Source: Candidatus Wildermuthbacteria bacterium
Lineage (GTDB): Bacteria > Patescibacteriota > Minisyncoccia > Minisyncoccales > PEYH01
NCBI GenBank assembly: GCA_037445205.1
Contig: JBBIKX010000001.1
Span: 8,767 to 72,766 of the forward strand
Length of the DNA stretch: 64,000 nucleotides
Direction of reading: 5' to 3'
Below the pieces are notes generated by a model. The model was not told the origin of the DNA. It was given only the letters and a program-made list of their open reading frames with translations, and searched no databases. This document shows positions 45,632-55,032 of this stretch, piece after piece. Position numbers and translations under genes: made by a program. Position 1 is the stretch's first letter. The number at the start of each line of letters is the position of its first letter.

Positions 45632-47557
45632 ATGACAAAAAAAGATAAGGCCTCGGAGGGTTATAGTGCAAAAGATATTTTTGTATTGAAAGGATTGGAG
45701 CCGGTGCGCAAAAGACCGGCGATGTATATTGGCTCAACGGGGCCAGACGGGCTTCATCATCTAATTTGGGAATGTTTGGACAATGCCATTGATGAGGCGA
45801 TGGGAGGATACGCTACAGAAATTGAAGTGGTTTTATTGCCCAAAAACCGGGTAAAGGTTACTGACAACGGCCGCGGGATTCCTGTTGATATTCATCCCCA
45901 GACCAAAAAATCTGCCCTTGAAACGGTGATGACGACCCTTCATGCAGGCGCAAAATTTGACAGGAAAGTATACCAAATTTCAGGGGGACTGCATGGAGTC
46001 GGAGTTTCTGTCGTATGCGCTCTTTCTTCCTGGATGAGGGTTGAAGTATGCCGTCAGGGACATCGCCATTCCCAAGAATACGAGAAAGGCAAGCCCCAGA
46101 CGAAAGTGAAAAAAGAAGGAACTTGCAGACAATCCGGCACCGCTGTAATTTTTGATGCCGACCCGGAAATTTTTTCTCAAATCAAATATGACAGAAAAAG
46201 GGTCATTTCTCATTTGAGGAGACAGGCATATCTTACAAAAGGCGTGAGAATAAAATTCAAGGATTTGCGCGAAGGAGAATTTGAATACACTTTTTATTTT
46301 GAAGGCGGGCTCCGTTCCTACATAAAGTTTTTAATCGGCAACAATACTCCTCTTCATCAGGGCGTTTTTTACGTCCAAAAGGAAAAGGACGGAATTATTT
46401 CAGAGGCCGTATTCCAGTATACGCAGGAAAGAGAGGGCTGGGAGGAGGGTTTCGCGAATAACATTTATACAGTTGAGGGAGGTAGCCATTTAACCGGCTT
46501 TCGCTCCGCCTTAACGCGCAGCCTGAATGATTACGCCAAAAAGAATAACTACATAAAACCAGAAGAAGATGGTTTTTCCGGCCAAGACGTGAGAGAGGGT
46601 TTGAACGCGGCTGTTTCCGTGAAAATTAAAGAACCGCAGTTTGAGGGCCAGACAAAAACAAAACTTGGAAATCCCGAGGCAAAATCGGCGGTAGAGTCAG
46701 TTGTGGGAGAGGTGCTCAGCGATTTTTTGGAGAGAAATCCCCAAGATGCCCGGTTAATTGTGGAAAATTGTCTTTTAGCCGCAAAAGCGCGTCAGGCGGC
46801 AAGGGCGGCGCGCCAGACAATCCTTCGCAAGGGTATTTTAGATGGATTGAGCCTTCCCGGAAAACTGGCCGATTGCATTATGCGCAATCCGAGCCAAGCA
46901 GAGCTTTTTATCGTAGAGGGAGAGAGCGCGGGCGGCTCTGCAAAAATGGGAAGAGATAGGAAATTTCAGGCGATCCTCCCCCTTAGGGGAAAAATTTTAA
47001 ATGTTGAAAGGGCGAGGCTTGATAAAATTTTGTCATCTGAAGAAATCAAAGCGCTTGTAATTGCATTAGGCACTGCCATTTCTCAGGATTTTGAAATAGA
47101 CAAGATAAGGTATCATAGGATTATCATTATGACCGATGCGGATGTAGATGGCGCTCATATAAGAACTCTTCTTTTAACGCTTTTTTACAGATATTTTAAG
47201 CCGGTGATAGATATGGGATATCTTTATATCGCCCAGCCTCCGCTTTATAAAATCCAATCGGGAAAGATTGTAAAATATGCCTACACAGAGGGTCAGAAAG
47301 AAAAATTCATAAAAGAGATCCAGAAAGGAGAAGTGAAAAATATTAATATACAAAGGTATAAAGGTTTGGGAGAAATGAACCCCGATCAGCTCTGGGAAAC
47401 GACAATGAATCCTTCCCAGAGAATGTTAATGCGGGTAGCAATTGAAGAGGCCAAAGAAGCCGATAAGATATTTGATATTCTGATGGGCAAGGAGGTTTTT
47501 CCAAGAAAAAAATTCATTCAGGCGCACGCCAAAAGCGTCAAAAACTTAGATATTTAA
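45632..47557 (+). CDS. gyrB: DNA gyrase subunit B
   Basis: Contains LEPVRKRPAMYIGS, EGESAGGSAKMGRDR and IMTDADVDGAHI. Confidence 0.97.
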   Translation: MTKKDKASEGYSAKDIFVLKGLEPVRKRPAMYIGSTGPDGLHHLIWECLDNAIDEAMGGYATEIEVVLLPKNRVKVTDNGRGIPVDIHPQTKKSALETVMTTLHAGAKFDRKVYQISGGLHGVGVSVVCALSSWMRVEVCRQGHRHSQEYEKGKPQTKVKKEGTCRQSGTAVIFDADPEIFSQIKYDRKRVISHLRRQAYLTKGVRIKFKDLREGEFEYTFYFEGGLRSYIKFLIGNNTPLHQGVFYVQKEKDGIISEAVFQYTQEREGWEEGFANNIYTVEGGSHLTGFRSALTRSLNDYAKKNNYIKPEEDGFSGQDVREGLNAAVSVKIKEPQFEGQTKTKLGNPEAKSAVESVVGEVLSDFLERNPQDARLIVENCLLAAKARQAARAARQTILRKGILDGLSLPGKLADCIMRNPSQAELFIVEGESAGGSAKMGRDRKFQAILPLRGKILNVERARLDKILSSEEIKALVIALGTAISQDFEIDKIRYHRIIIMTDADVDGAHIRTLLLTLFYRYFKPVIDMGYLYIAQPPLYKIQSGKIVKYAYTEGQKEKFIKEIQKGEVKNINIQRYKGLGEMNPDQLWETTMNPSQRMLMRVAIEEAKEADKIFDILMGKEVFPRKKFIQAHAKSVKNLDI

Positions 47558-47561
47558 GGTT

Positions 47562-49058
47562 ATGAGCTATATTGTTAAAATAATATTTTTTTGGAAAAGA
47601 ATTTATTTGCTGATAATGATTATCTGTTTTTCTTTATTCGCAGAGTTTGCGTTGGCAGAAGAAATTAAACAAGAAATATATGTCCCCAAAATAGAAATAG
47701 GCGATGGAATTACTCATTTAGCCAGAAAAACAATAATTGAATTTATAAAAAGAGAGGGTATTGACCCCAGAATTACGGTTCCGCACTTGGTTTATATTGA
47801 GGATCGTCTTGCGATAGAAAAAGGAAAGAAAACTATTTATTTAAAAGATTTTTCGCCAATAAATTTTTCCAGTGAAGAAATATCTAGGGCGATAAATAAA
47901 GCGTTGCTGCTTAACGAAAAGCAGATTTTAAGCTTAGAGCACTACGCTCTGTCCGTAAGCGCATATTTTGACTTAATAGTTAATAATAAGTTGCGGTTTA
48001 ATATAAAAAAAATTTCCGATTATAATTTGCCCCAGATAACCGGATTAGGATATCGCTTTATTGTTTACAAAGACAATATTTTTTTATTAGACATAGAGAA
48101 AAAAATAATGATTTTAGATATAGCGAATTCTAAAACCCCGAAGTTAATTGCCGAATTTTCTCCACCCCCTGGGGCTCGATGTAATAATCTTGCCTCTCTA
48201 CAAGACAATTTGATCGCTCTTTTTTGCTGGAATTCTTTTTCCGAGAGAATAATCTATTTTCTCGAGGTAGACAATCCTTTTGATTTGAAAATTATTTCAG
48301 AGTATAAGTTCGGCAAGGGAAATCTTATGGGAAATGCCGCTATAAAAGATTCTTTGCTTTTTTTGAGCGATTATAATCTATTTGAGGCAATAGACGTAGG
48401 CGATATTAAAACACCAAAATTAATTTTTAAACATGAATTTGATGATAGCTTTGAGCCGGTGAATATAACAAAAAAAGATAATCTTTTAATAGTCGGCTAT
48501 GATAAAAACTCTCCCCAGATCTTATGGTTGTTTGATGCCAAAAATTTTGAAATAAAAGAATTAGAAATACAAAACGAGAAAGCGATAAAACATCGCTATT
48601 TTTGGAGAAGCAGGGAAGGAAAAAACTGGCTCTTGGGTTCGCCCAGTATTTATTATTATTTTCCTTCATTGCTATTTATCAACTCCAAGGATATTTCTTT
48701 GGGAAAAAATAGCGGAATCTTGAACGTTAAGCCCTTTGAATTTCAATGTCCTTTATTAGAAAATCCAATTTTTGACTATGATAGCAAAGATGATGTCGTA
48801 TATCTTTATGTTCGCAGCCGCTATTTGAGAGACCCGACAAACAATATAACAGAATGTTGTGATGAGAATCTTTATATTTTGGATTTTAATGCTATTGGAG
48901 AAGAGCCACTAAAAGAGATTATAAATATCGGAAAATCCCCAGTTCTATTTAAAAATATGAACCTACAAAAGAGTAGATTATTTACTGTAACCGACTCCTT
49001 AACGACTTCTTGGCAAAAACTGGAAATTTATCAATTAATAAAAACTATCCATCCTTGA
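47562..49058 (+). CDS. Hypothetical secreted or anchored repeat protein (LVIVD/beta-propeller-like repeats, tentative)
   Basis: 498 aa with an N-terminal TM/signal segment. Recurrent D[IV].....PKLI motifs. Confidence 0.55.
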   Translation: MSYIVKIIFFWKRIYLLIMIICFSLFAEFALAEEIKQEIYVPKIEIGDGITHLARKTIIEFIKREGIDPRITVPHLVYIEDRLAIEKGKKTIYLKDFSPINFSSEEISRAINKALLLNEKQILSLEHYALSVSAYFDLIVNNKLRFNIKKISDYNLPQITGLGYRFIVYKDNIFLLDIEKKIMILDIANSKTPKLIAEFSPPPGARCNNLASLQDNLIALFCWNSFSERIIYFLEVDNPFDLKIISEYKFGKGNLMGNAAIKDSLLFLSDYNLFEAIDVGDIKTPKLIFKHEFDDSFEPVNITKKDNLLIVGYDKNSPQILWLFDAKNFEIKELEIQNEKAIKHRYFWRSREGKNWLLGSPSIYYYFPSLLFINSKDISLGKNSGILNVKPFEFQCPLLENPIFDYDSKDDVVYLYVRSRYLRDPTNNITECCDENLYILDFNAIGEEPLKEIINIGKSPVLFKNMNLQKSRLFTVTDSLTTSWQKLEIYQLIKTIHP

Positions 49059-49163
49059 CAGGGAATAAAAGAGGGATTATTCTAAAGCAATAAGCCCCAA
49101 AAAAGGGCTTTTAAAAAATGCGTTTATCGTCCTAAATTCCCCCTAGATTCTTTTAATAAAAAT

Positions 49164-49364
49164 ATGAATTTCTCATCTTTTCCCAAAAAGATCCTTAATT
49201 ATTTCAAAGAGGTCAAAACAGAAACAAAAAAAGTCAATTGGCCTACAAAAAAAGAAGCGACTAAATACACCTTAATTGTTATTGCTGTTATTGTTGTTGT
49301 TTCTGTCTTTCTGGGCTTTTTGGACATTATTTTTACCCTTATTTTAGATAAATTCATTTTTTAA
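49164..49364 (+). CDS. secE: Preprotein translocase subunit SecE
   Basis: 66 aa. Contains VKTETKKVNWPTKKE plus a C-terminal TM helix; precedes nusG. Confidence 0.88.
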   Translation: MNFSSFPKKILNYFKEVKTETKKVNWPTKKEATKYTLIVIAVIVVVSVFLGFLDIIFTLILDKFIF

Positions 49365-49367
49365 ACT

Positions 49368-49913
49368 ATGCCCAAGCAACAATTGCCCGAACAGCGAAAA
49401 TGGTACGCAATCCACACATATTCGGGATATGAAGATGCGGTTTCAAGAAATCTCAAGCAGAGGATTGAGTCTTTGGGAATGGAAGATAAAATTTTCAGCG
49501 TTCTGGTTCCCAAAGAAAAAAAAATTAAAATTAAGAACGGAAAACGATATTCCATTGAAGAAAAAATTTATCCGGGATATGTTTTGGTAGAAATGATTGT
49601 CACAGACGATTCTTGGTATGTGGTCAGAAACACTCCCAATGTTACGGGATTCGTCGGCGCTGGCACTACGCCCGTGCCTCTTTCCGAAGAGGAAATATCG
49701 GTTCTGAAAAATAGGATGGAGGGAGAGACGCCCAAATACCAGATAAGTTTTAAAATAAGCGACCATGTAAAAATTATTGATGGCCCTTTCAAAGATTACG
49801 AAGGAAAGGTTTCAGAAATAAATCAAGACGAGGGAAAAATTAAGGTAATGATAAATCTATTTGGAAGAGATACGCCAGTTGAATTAGATTCCCTGCAAGC
49901 CAAAAAAATATGA
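49368..49913 (+). CDS. nusG: Transcription antitermination factor NusG
   Basis: Contains WYAIHTYSGYE, and a KOW domain (GPFKDYEGKVSEIN). Confidence 0.95.
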   Translation: MPKQQLPEQRKWYAIHTYSGYEDAVSRNLKQRIESLGMEDKIFSVLVPKEKKIKIKNGKRYSIEEKIYPGYVLVEMIVTDDSWYVVRNTPNVTGFVGAGTTPVPLSEEEISVLKNRMEGETPKYQISFKISDHVKIIDGPFKDYEGKVSEINQDEGKIKVMINLFGRDTPVELDSLQAKKI

Positions 49914-49990
49914 TTCCCGCCTTCGGCAGGACCCCGTCTTTCTCTAACGAGAAATTATGATTCCCGCCTTCGGCAGGACCCCGTCTTTCT
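49909..49990 (+). repeat. Perfect 35-bp direct repeat, two copies with a 47-bp period
   Basis: TATGATTCCCGCCTTCGGCAGGACCCCGTCTTTCT occurs at 49909-49943 and 49956-49990. Copy 1 overlaps the nusG stop codon. Confidence 0.9.
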
Positions 49991-50006
49991 AAAAACTTTA
50001 AAAATT

Positions 50007-50429
50007 ATGAAAAAAATACAAACAAAAGTTAAACTCCATATCGCCGCCGCTCAGGCTAATCCCGCCCCTCCTATCGGTCCCGCCCTTGCGCAACACGGAA
50101 TAAACATCGCTGACTTTTGCCAGAAGTTTAATGCCGCAACTAAAAATCTGGCAGGTTATCAGATTCCTGTTGAAATATCAATATACGAGGACAGGACTTT
50201 TAATTTTAAAATAAAACAGCCCCTTGTCAGCGATCTTTTAAAAAAGGCAGCGGGCATTGAGAAAGGGTCGGGCGAGCCGAATAAAATTAAGGCTGGAATA
50301 ATCACCAAAGAGCAGTTAAAAGAGATTGCCCAGAAGAAATTAGACGATTTAAACACAAAAAACATTGATGCCGCAATGAAAATTATTGAAGGACAGGCAA
50401 GATCAATGGGAATTGAAATTAAAAATTAG
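50007..50429 (+). CDS. rplK: 50S ribosomal protein L11
   Basis: Contains [21 protein letters not shown]. Confidence 0.96.
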   Translation: MKKIQTKVKLHIAAAQANPAPPIGPALAQHGINIADFCQKFNAATKNLAGYQIPVEISIYEDRTFNFKIKQPLVSDLLKKAAGIEKGSGEPNKIKAGIITKEQLKEIAQKKLDDLNTKNIDAAMKIIEGQARSMGIEIKN

Positions 50430-50434
50430 TTTTT

Positions 50435-51265
50435 ATGACCCAGTTTGACGAGCAGTATAAACAAGCAATCTGGGAAGTAATGAACGGAGGTACGGAAATT
50501 TACAGCGCAAGACAGAAATGTCATACCAAAGCTTTTCCGGGCATAACCTTTAATTTAGACAAAGGATTTCCTCTGCTTACTTTGAGAAAAATTCCTGTTA
50601 AAATTTTTGTCGCTGAACAATTCTGGTTTTTGATGGGCGAAAAAGACCCCAAGGTTTTTTTAAAAAAATTTACTGCCATATGGGATGATTTTGCCGATCA
50701 AAATGGATTAGTTTTGGGCGCTTATGGCTATCGCTGGAGGAAGCATTTTGGGAAAGATCAAATAGCCAATTTGTTGAGCCTTCTTTCCCAGGATCCAAGT
50801 TCGCGTCACGGAGTTGTGGTGGCGTGGGATCCCTCAGACGACATCAGGACCCTTGATTCAAAAAAGAAAAACGTTCCCTGCCCCTATACTTTCACTGTTA
50901 ATATTATCGGCAATAAGCTTCATATTCATATTATTATAAGGTCAAACGATATGATTCTTGGCTGTCCTCACGATATTGCGGGATTTGCGCTTTTGCAAAG
51001 GATTTTGGCCGGAAAGCTGGGGGTAAAGACAGGAAAGCTTACTTGTTCCATCAGCAATGCCCACATTTACGATATTCATTACAATGCGGCATGGGAGATG
51101 CTTGAAAGAAAAAACAATCATCCCGAAATTATTTTGGACGCAGAAGAAAATTGGTTTGACAGGGCGGAGAAGGGAGATGAATCGCTTGCTCAAGAAATTA
51201 TAGATACCATTGCAAGACAATATAGCCCGATGAATCCCATTAAGGGCTTAAAAATTATTTTATAA
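50435..51265 (+). CDS. ThyA-family pyrimidine-nucleotide C5 methylase/hydroxymethylase homologue, with Asp at the Asn177-equivalent position
   Basis: Aligns without gaps to E. coli ThyA over [27 protein letters not shown] against KLHIHIIIRSNDMILGCPHDIAGFALL. The catalytic Cys (VPCP, codon 149) and the AHIY motif are present. Confidence 0.8.
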   Translation: MTQFDEQYKQAIWEVMNGGTEIYSARQKCHTKAFPGITFNLDKGFPLLTLRKIPVKIFVAEQFWFLMGEKDPKVFLKKFTAIWDDFADQNGLVLGAYGYRWRKHFGKDQIANLLSLLSQDPSSRHGVVVAWDPSDDIRTLDSKKKNVPCPYTFTVNIIGNKLHIHIIIRSNDMILGCPHDIAGFALLQRILAGKLGVKTGKLTCSISNAHIYDIHYNAAWEMLERKNNHPEIILDAEENWFDRAEKGDESLAQEIIDTIARQYSPMNPIKGLKIIL

Positions 51266-51270
51266 ATTAT

Positions 51271-51777
51271 ATGAAAATAATTTTAGTAATGGCAATCACG
51301 CTTGATGGGAAAATTGCCAAGACAAAAGACCATTTTCCAAACTGGACGTCAAAGGAGGATAAAAACTTCTTTGCCAAAATTTCAAAAAAGCACAAGGTCG
51401 TCTTAATGGGAAAGAACACTTTTGATACCTTCAAAAAACCGCTCAAAGACAGATTAAATGTGGTTTTTACAAATAAAAAAAATCTGGCGAAGATAAAAAA
51501 TGTAATGTGGGTTTCGGGCAAAATAAGTCCGATTTTAAAAAAGCTGGAAAAGAGGGGATATAAATCGGCGGTTCTTGGCGGAGGAGCAATGTTGAACGCA
51601 GAGTTCTTAAAGGAAAAATTGATAGATGAGGTTATAGTCACAATCAATCCCAAAATCTTTGGGCGAGGGATATCTTTGTTTGAAGGAGATTTTGATATTG
51701 ATTTAAAACTTTTAAAAGTGGAAAATATTAATAAAGATACGATAGCTCTTCGTTATAGGCCGGTGTTTTGTAATTAA
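51271..51777 (+). CDS. Dihydrofolate-reductase-like protein (RibD C-terminal domain family)
   Basis: Contains MKIILVMAITLDGKIA, VVLMGKNTF and VLGGGAMLNAEFL. Confidence 0.75.
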   Translation: MKIILVMAITLDGKIAKTKDHFPNWTSKEDKNFFAKISKKHKVVLMGKNTFDTFKKPLKDRLNVVFTNKKNLAKIKNVMWVSGKISPILKKLEKRGYKSAVLGGGAMLNAEFLKEKLIDEVIVTINPKIFGRGISLFEGDFDIDLKLLKVENINKDTIALRYRPVFCN

Positions 51778-51786
51778 ATTAAAAAT

Positions 51787-52443
51787 ATGCCCCTATCAAA
51801 ACCTGAAATCATAAAATCCATCCAAGAAGAGAAAATTAAATTTGAACCGTCTCTTGATAAATTTCAGCTTCAGCCCCATTCCATTGATTTGCGGCTTGGT
51901 TGGAATTTTTATATACCAAAAAACTGGGCAATCACGGAAAAGGGAAGGGTTGGCGTAAGTATTGATTATTTGGACACGCAATCCCAAAAAGACAACTTTG
52001 ATTTAATCAAATTAAAACCCGGTCAGTATTTTGAAATTTTGCCAAAAGAATTCATTATTGCTTCGACAATGGAAAAGGTGGTTATAGAAGCCGATAAGCT
52101 AATGGCATTGTTGTATCCCAGAAGCTCTTTTACAAGAAAAGGGTTGTTCATTGCCAGCGGAATCGTTGATGTAAAATACAGCGGATATCTGGCTCTTTCA
52201 GTGATAAACAATACAGAAACCCAGATTATAAGGCTATATCCGGGCGAAAGAGTGTGCCAGCTGGTCTTTCATTTTTTAAGCTCTGCTTTGTCGCCAGAAG
52301 AGGCAATTAAGCACGGGATAAGCGATTCCAAATATTTAAAAGCGGCTCCTTATTCTCTTGAGGCAAAAAGCGACAATCAGGAAGAAATAGATCTAATCAG
52401 ATTTGGAAAGATTGGCGAATTGAAAGAAAAATTCAAATTATAA
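51787..52443 (+). CDS. dcd: dCTP deaminase family protein
   Basis: Contains SIDLRLG, GIVDVKYSGYLALSVIN and VCQLVF. Confidence 0.8.
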   Translation: MPLSKPEIIKSIQEEKIKFEPSLDKFQLQPHSIDLRLGWNFYIPKNWAITEKGRVGVSIDYLDTQSQKDNFDLIKLKPGQYFEILPKEFIIASTMEKVVIEADKLMALLYPRSSFTRKGLFIASGIVDVKYSGYLALSVINNTETQIIRLYPGERVCQLVFHFLSSALSPEEAIKHGISDSKYLKAAPYSLEAKSDNQEEIDLIRFGKIGELKEKFKL

Positions 52444-52449
52444 AAGCCG

Positions 52450-52908
52450 ATGGGAAAAGAAGGAATAAAATATCCCTATTTGCCGGAAGCAAGAGAAATA
52501 AAATTTGTTTCAGAAAAAAATATTTTTATCAGGGAGGCGAAGAAAATTTGCAAAAAGAAAGGATGCATTGCGCATCCAACAGGGGCGGTTTTGGTCAAAA
52601 AGAATAAAATCATAGGGAAGGGGACTAACGCCGCAAAAAAAATAAAAGATTGTCCAAGGGCTTTGAAAAAAAGCAAGACCGGCCAAGATTATCATTTATG
52701 CAAAAAAATTTGCCTGCAGGAAGGACACGCAGAAGCGATGGCGATTAAAAGCGCAAAAGAAAAAAAGGAGAAAATCAGAGGAGCAGATTTATATCTTTAT
52801 GGCCATTGGTGGTGCTGTAAAGATTGTTGGGATAAAATCATCAAAGAAGGGATAGGAGAGGTTTATTTAATTGAAAACGCTTTTGATAAATTTCATAAGC
52901 GAATATGA
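52450..52908 (+). CDS. Deoxycytidylate (dCMP)/cytidine deaminase zinc-binding family
   Basis: Contains the HAEAMAI and CCKDC zinc ligands. Confidence 0.8.
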   Translation: MGKEGIKYPYLPEAREIKFVSEKNIFIREAKKICKKKGCIAHPTGAVLVKKNKIIGKGTNAAKKIKDCPRALKKSKTGQDYHLCKKICLQEGHAEAMAIKSAKEKKEKIRGADLYLYGHWWCCKDCWDKIIKEGIGEVYLIENAFDKFHKRI

Positions 52909-53540
52909 AAAAAAATCCTTATCTTGGAAAATTCATAGTTTTTGAAGGGCTGGACGGGTCCGGACAAAGCACCCAAGCATCAAAACTGGTGGATTATTTC
53001 AATGAAAAAAACCAGATATTTAAATTTGGGCATACCGGAGCGCATCTTACCAAAGAGCCGACATCCGGAATTATTGGAGGATTAATCAGGGGCCAGCTAT
53101 CTTTTGACTGGAAATCTTCTCAAGAATGCCTCCAGCTTTTATTTGCGGCAGATCGGGCGTACCATCTAGAAAAGGAGATTTTGCCTCTTTTGGAAATGGG
53201 CGTAACGGTGGTTTGCGATCGTTATTTTTTTTCTTCTTGCGCCTTCGGGGCGCTGGAGGCCGATCAGGAATGGCTTTTAAAAATCAATGAAAAGTTTCTT
53301 TTGCCTGATTTGATATTCCTGCTTGCTGTTTCTCCCAAAATCTGCATTGAAAGAATAAAAAGAAATCGTTTTGAAATAAATCTTTTTGAAAACGAAGAAA
53401 TATTAAAAAATGTGTGGGAGAAATACTTGATATTGGCACATCAAAATAAAAACACGCATATTATAGACGGGGAACGGCCGATCAATGAGATTTTTGAGGA
53501 GATTAAAGAAATAACTGATAGGAAATTTAACCAACGATGA
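52905..53540 (+). CDS. tmk: Thymidylate (dTMP) kinase
   Basis: P-loop FIVFEGLDGSGQSTQ, and the DRY motif (CDRYFFSS). Confidence 0.9.
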   Translation: MKKNPYLGKFIVFEGLDGSGQSTQASKLVDYFNEKNQIFKFGHTGAHLTKEPTSGIIGGLIRGQLSFDWKSSQECLQLLFAADRAYHLEKEILPLLEMGVTVVCDRYFFSSCAFGALEADQEWLLKINEKFLLPDLIFLLAVSPKICIERIKRNRFEINLFENEEILKNVWEKYLILAHQNKNTHIIDGERPINEIFEEIKEITDRKFNQR

Positions 53541-55024
53541 TAAATTCATCAAAAAAATATATTCCCGTCATCGGGCTTGAAATACATACGGAATTAAAAA
53601 CTAATTCCAAAATGTTTTGCGGGTGCAAAAACGATTCGCAGGAAAAAGAAGCGAATTTGAATATTTGTCCTGTTTGCATGGGTCATCCCGGCACTCTCCC
53701 CGTTATAAACAAAACAGCGATTCGTTTTGTCATAAAAACAGGGATTGCTCTGAATTGTAAAATTACAAAAGAGTCGCGATTTGAAAGAAAAAATTATTTT
53801 TATCCCGATCTTCCAAAAGGATATCAGATTTCTCAATACAAAGAGCCGTTTTGTTTTAATGGCTTTTTAAAAATAAATAATAAAAAAATAAGAATTAGAA
53901 GGGTTCATTTGGAAGAAGATACTGCCCGCCTGATACACTCCAAAAATGGATATTCGCTGATTGATTTCAACCGCGCCGGCATTCCTTTAATGGAGCTTGT
54001 AACGGAGCCGGACATAGAATCTTCTAAAGAGGCATCAGACTTCGCAAAAAAACTTCAGTTGATCCTGAGATATTTAAATGTTTCCAGCGCTGACATGGAA
54101 AAAGGGCAATTGAGAGTGGAGGCAAATATTTCATTAATAAACGCAAATTTTAAAGCAAAAAACGCAAAACTAGGAACAAAGGTGGAGATCAAAAATTTAA
54201 ATTCGTTTAGGGCAGTTGAGAGGGCGATAGAATATGAAATAGAAAGGCAAAAGGAGTTACTATTAAATGATGAGAGGGTGGCGCAGGAAACAAGAGGATG
54301 GGATCCTCAATCAGAAAGAACCTTTCCCCAGAGAGAAAAAGAAGAGGCGCATGATTACCGCTACTTTCCAGAGCCGGATTTGCCCCAGATTTATATAAAA
54401 AAAGACTATCTGGAGGCGATAAAAAAAGGAATTCCCGAACTTCCCGATCAAAAAATAAAAAGATTAAAAGAAGAATTTTTTGTTAACGAACAATCAGCCC
54501 AGATTCTTGTCTCTAACAGAGATTTAAGCGAGTATTTTGAAAAATCGGCAAGCGAGCTTTTAAGATGGTCAAAAGACAAAAGATTAGATCAAAAGAGCCA
54601 AAAAGAATTGATACAGAGCGCCGCCAACTATCTTTTGACAGATTTACTCGGCTGTCTTTCAGGGAAAGAATTTTCAGAAAAAGATTTTCCCATAACGCCT
54701 GAAAATTTCGGAGAGTTTATCGCTCTTGTCCGCGATAAAAAATTCACAAGCAAAATGGCAAAAATTCTTTTAGGAGAGATGTTTGATTCCGGCCAAGATC
54801 CCTCAACCATAATAAAAAAAAGAGGATTAATCCAGACGGACAACGAAGATGAGATTAAAAAAATAGTGCAAAAAATAATTTCATCAAATCCTCGGGCATT
54901 TGAAGATTATAAAAAAGGAAAAGAAAATGCTCTTCAATTCATGATTGGACAAATGATGAAAGAAACTAAAGGCACTATAAATCCCCAGATGGCAAAGAAA
55001 GCGTTGATTGATTTTTTAAAATAA
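53537..55024 (+). CDS. gatB: Glu/Asp-tRNA amidotransferase subunit B
   Basis: Contains IGLEIHTELKT, VCMGHPGTLPVINK and RVEANISL. Confidence 0.95.
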   Translation: MINSSKKYIPVIGLEIHTELKTNSKMFCGCKNDSQEKEANLNICPVCMGHPGTLPVINKTAIRFVIKTGIALNCKITKESRFERKNYFYPDLPKGYQISQYKEPFCFNGFLKINNKKIRIRRVHLEEDTARLIHSKNGYSLIDFNRAGIPLMELVTEPDIESSKEASDFAKKLQLILRYLNVSSADMEKGQLRVEANISLINANFKAKNAKLGTKVEIKNLNSFRAVERAIEYEIERQKELLLNDERVAQETRGWDPQSERTFPQREKEEAHDYRYFPEPDLPQIYIKKDYLEAIKKGIPELPDQKIKRLKEEFFVNEQSAQILVSNRDLSEYFEKSASELLRWSKDKRLDQKSQKELIQSAANYLLTDLLGCLSGKEFSEKDFPITPENFGEFIALVRDKKFTSKMAKILLGEMFDSGQDPSTIIKKRGLIQTDNEDEIKKIVQKIISSNPRAFEDYKKGKENALQFMIGQMMKETKGTINPQMAKKALIDFLK

Positions 55025-55032
55025 TATATAAT
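55004..55032 (+). promoter_or_regulatory. Near-consensus promoter of cassette C
   Basis: TTGATT(55004-55009, inside the last gatB codons), 17-nt spacer, TATAAT(55027-55032). Confidence 0.55.
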
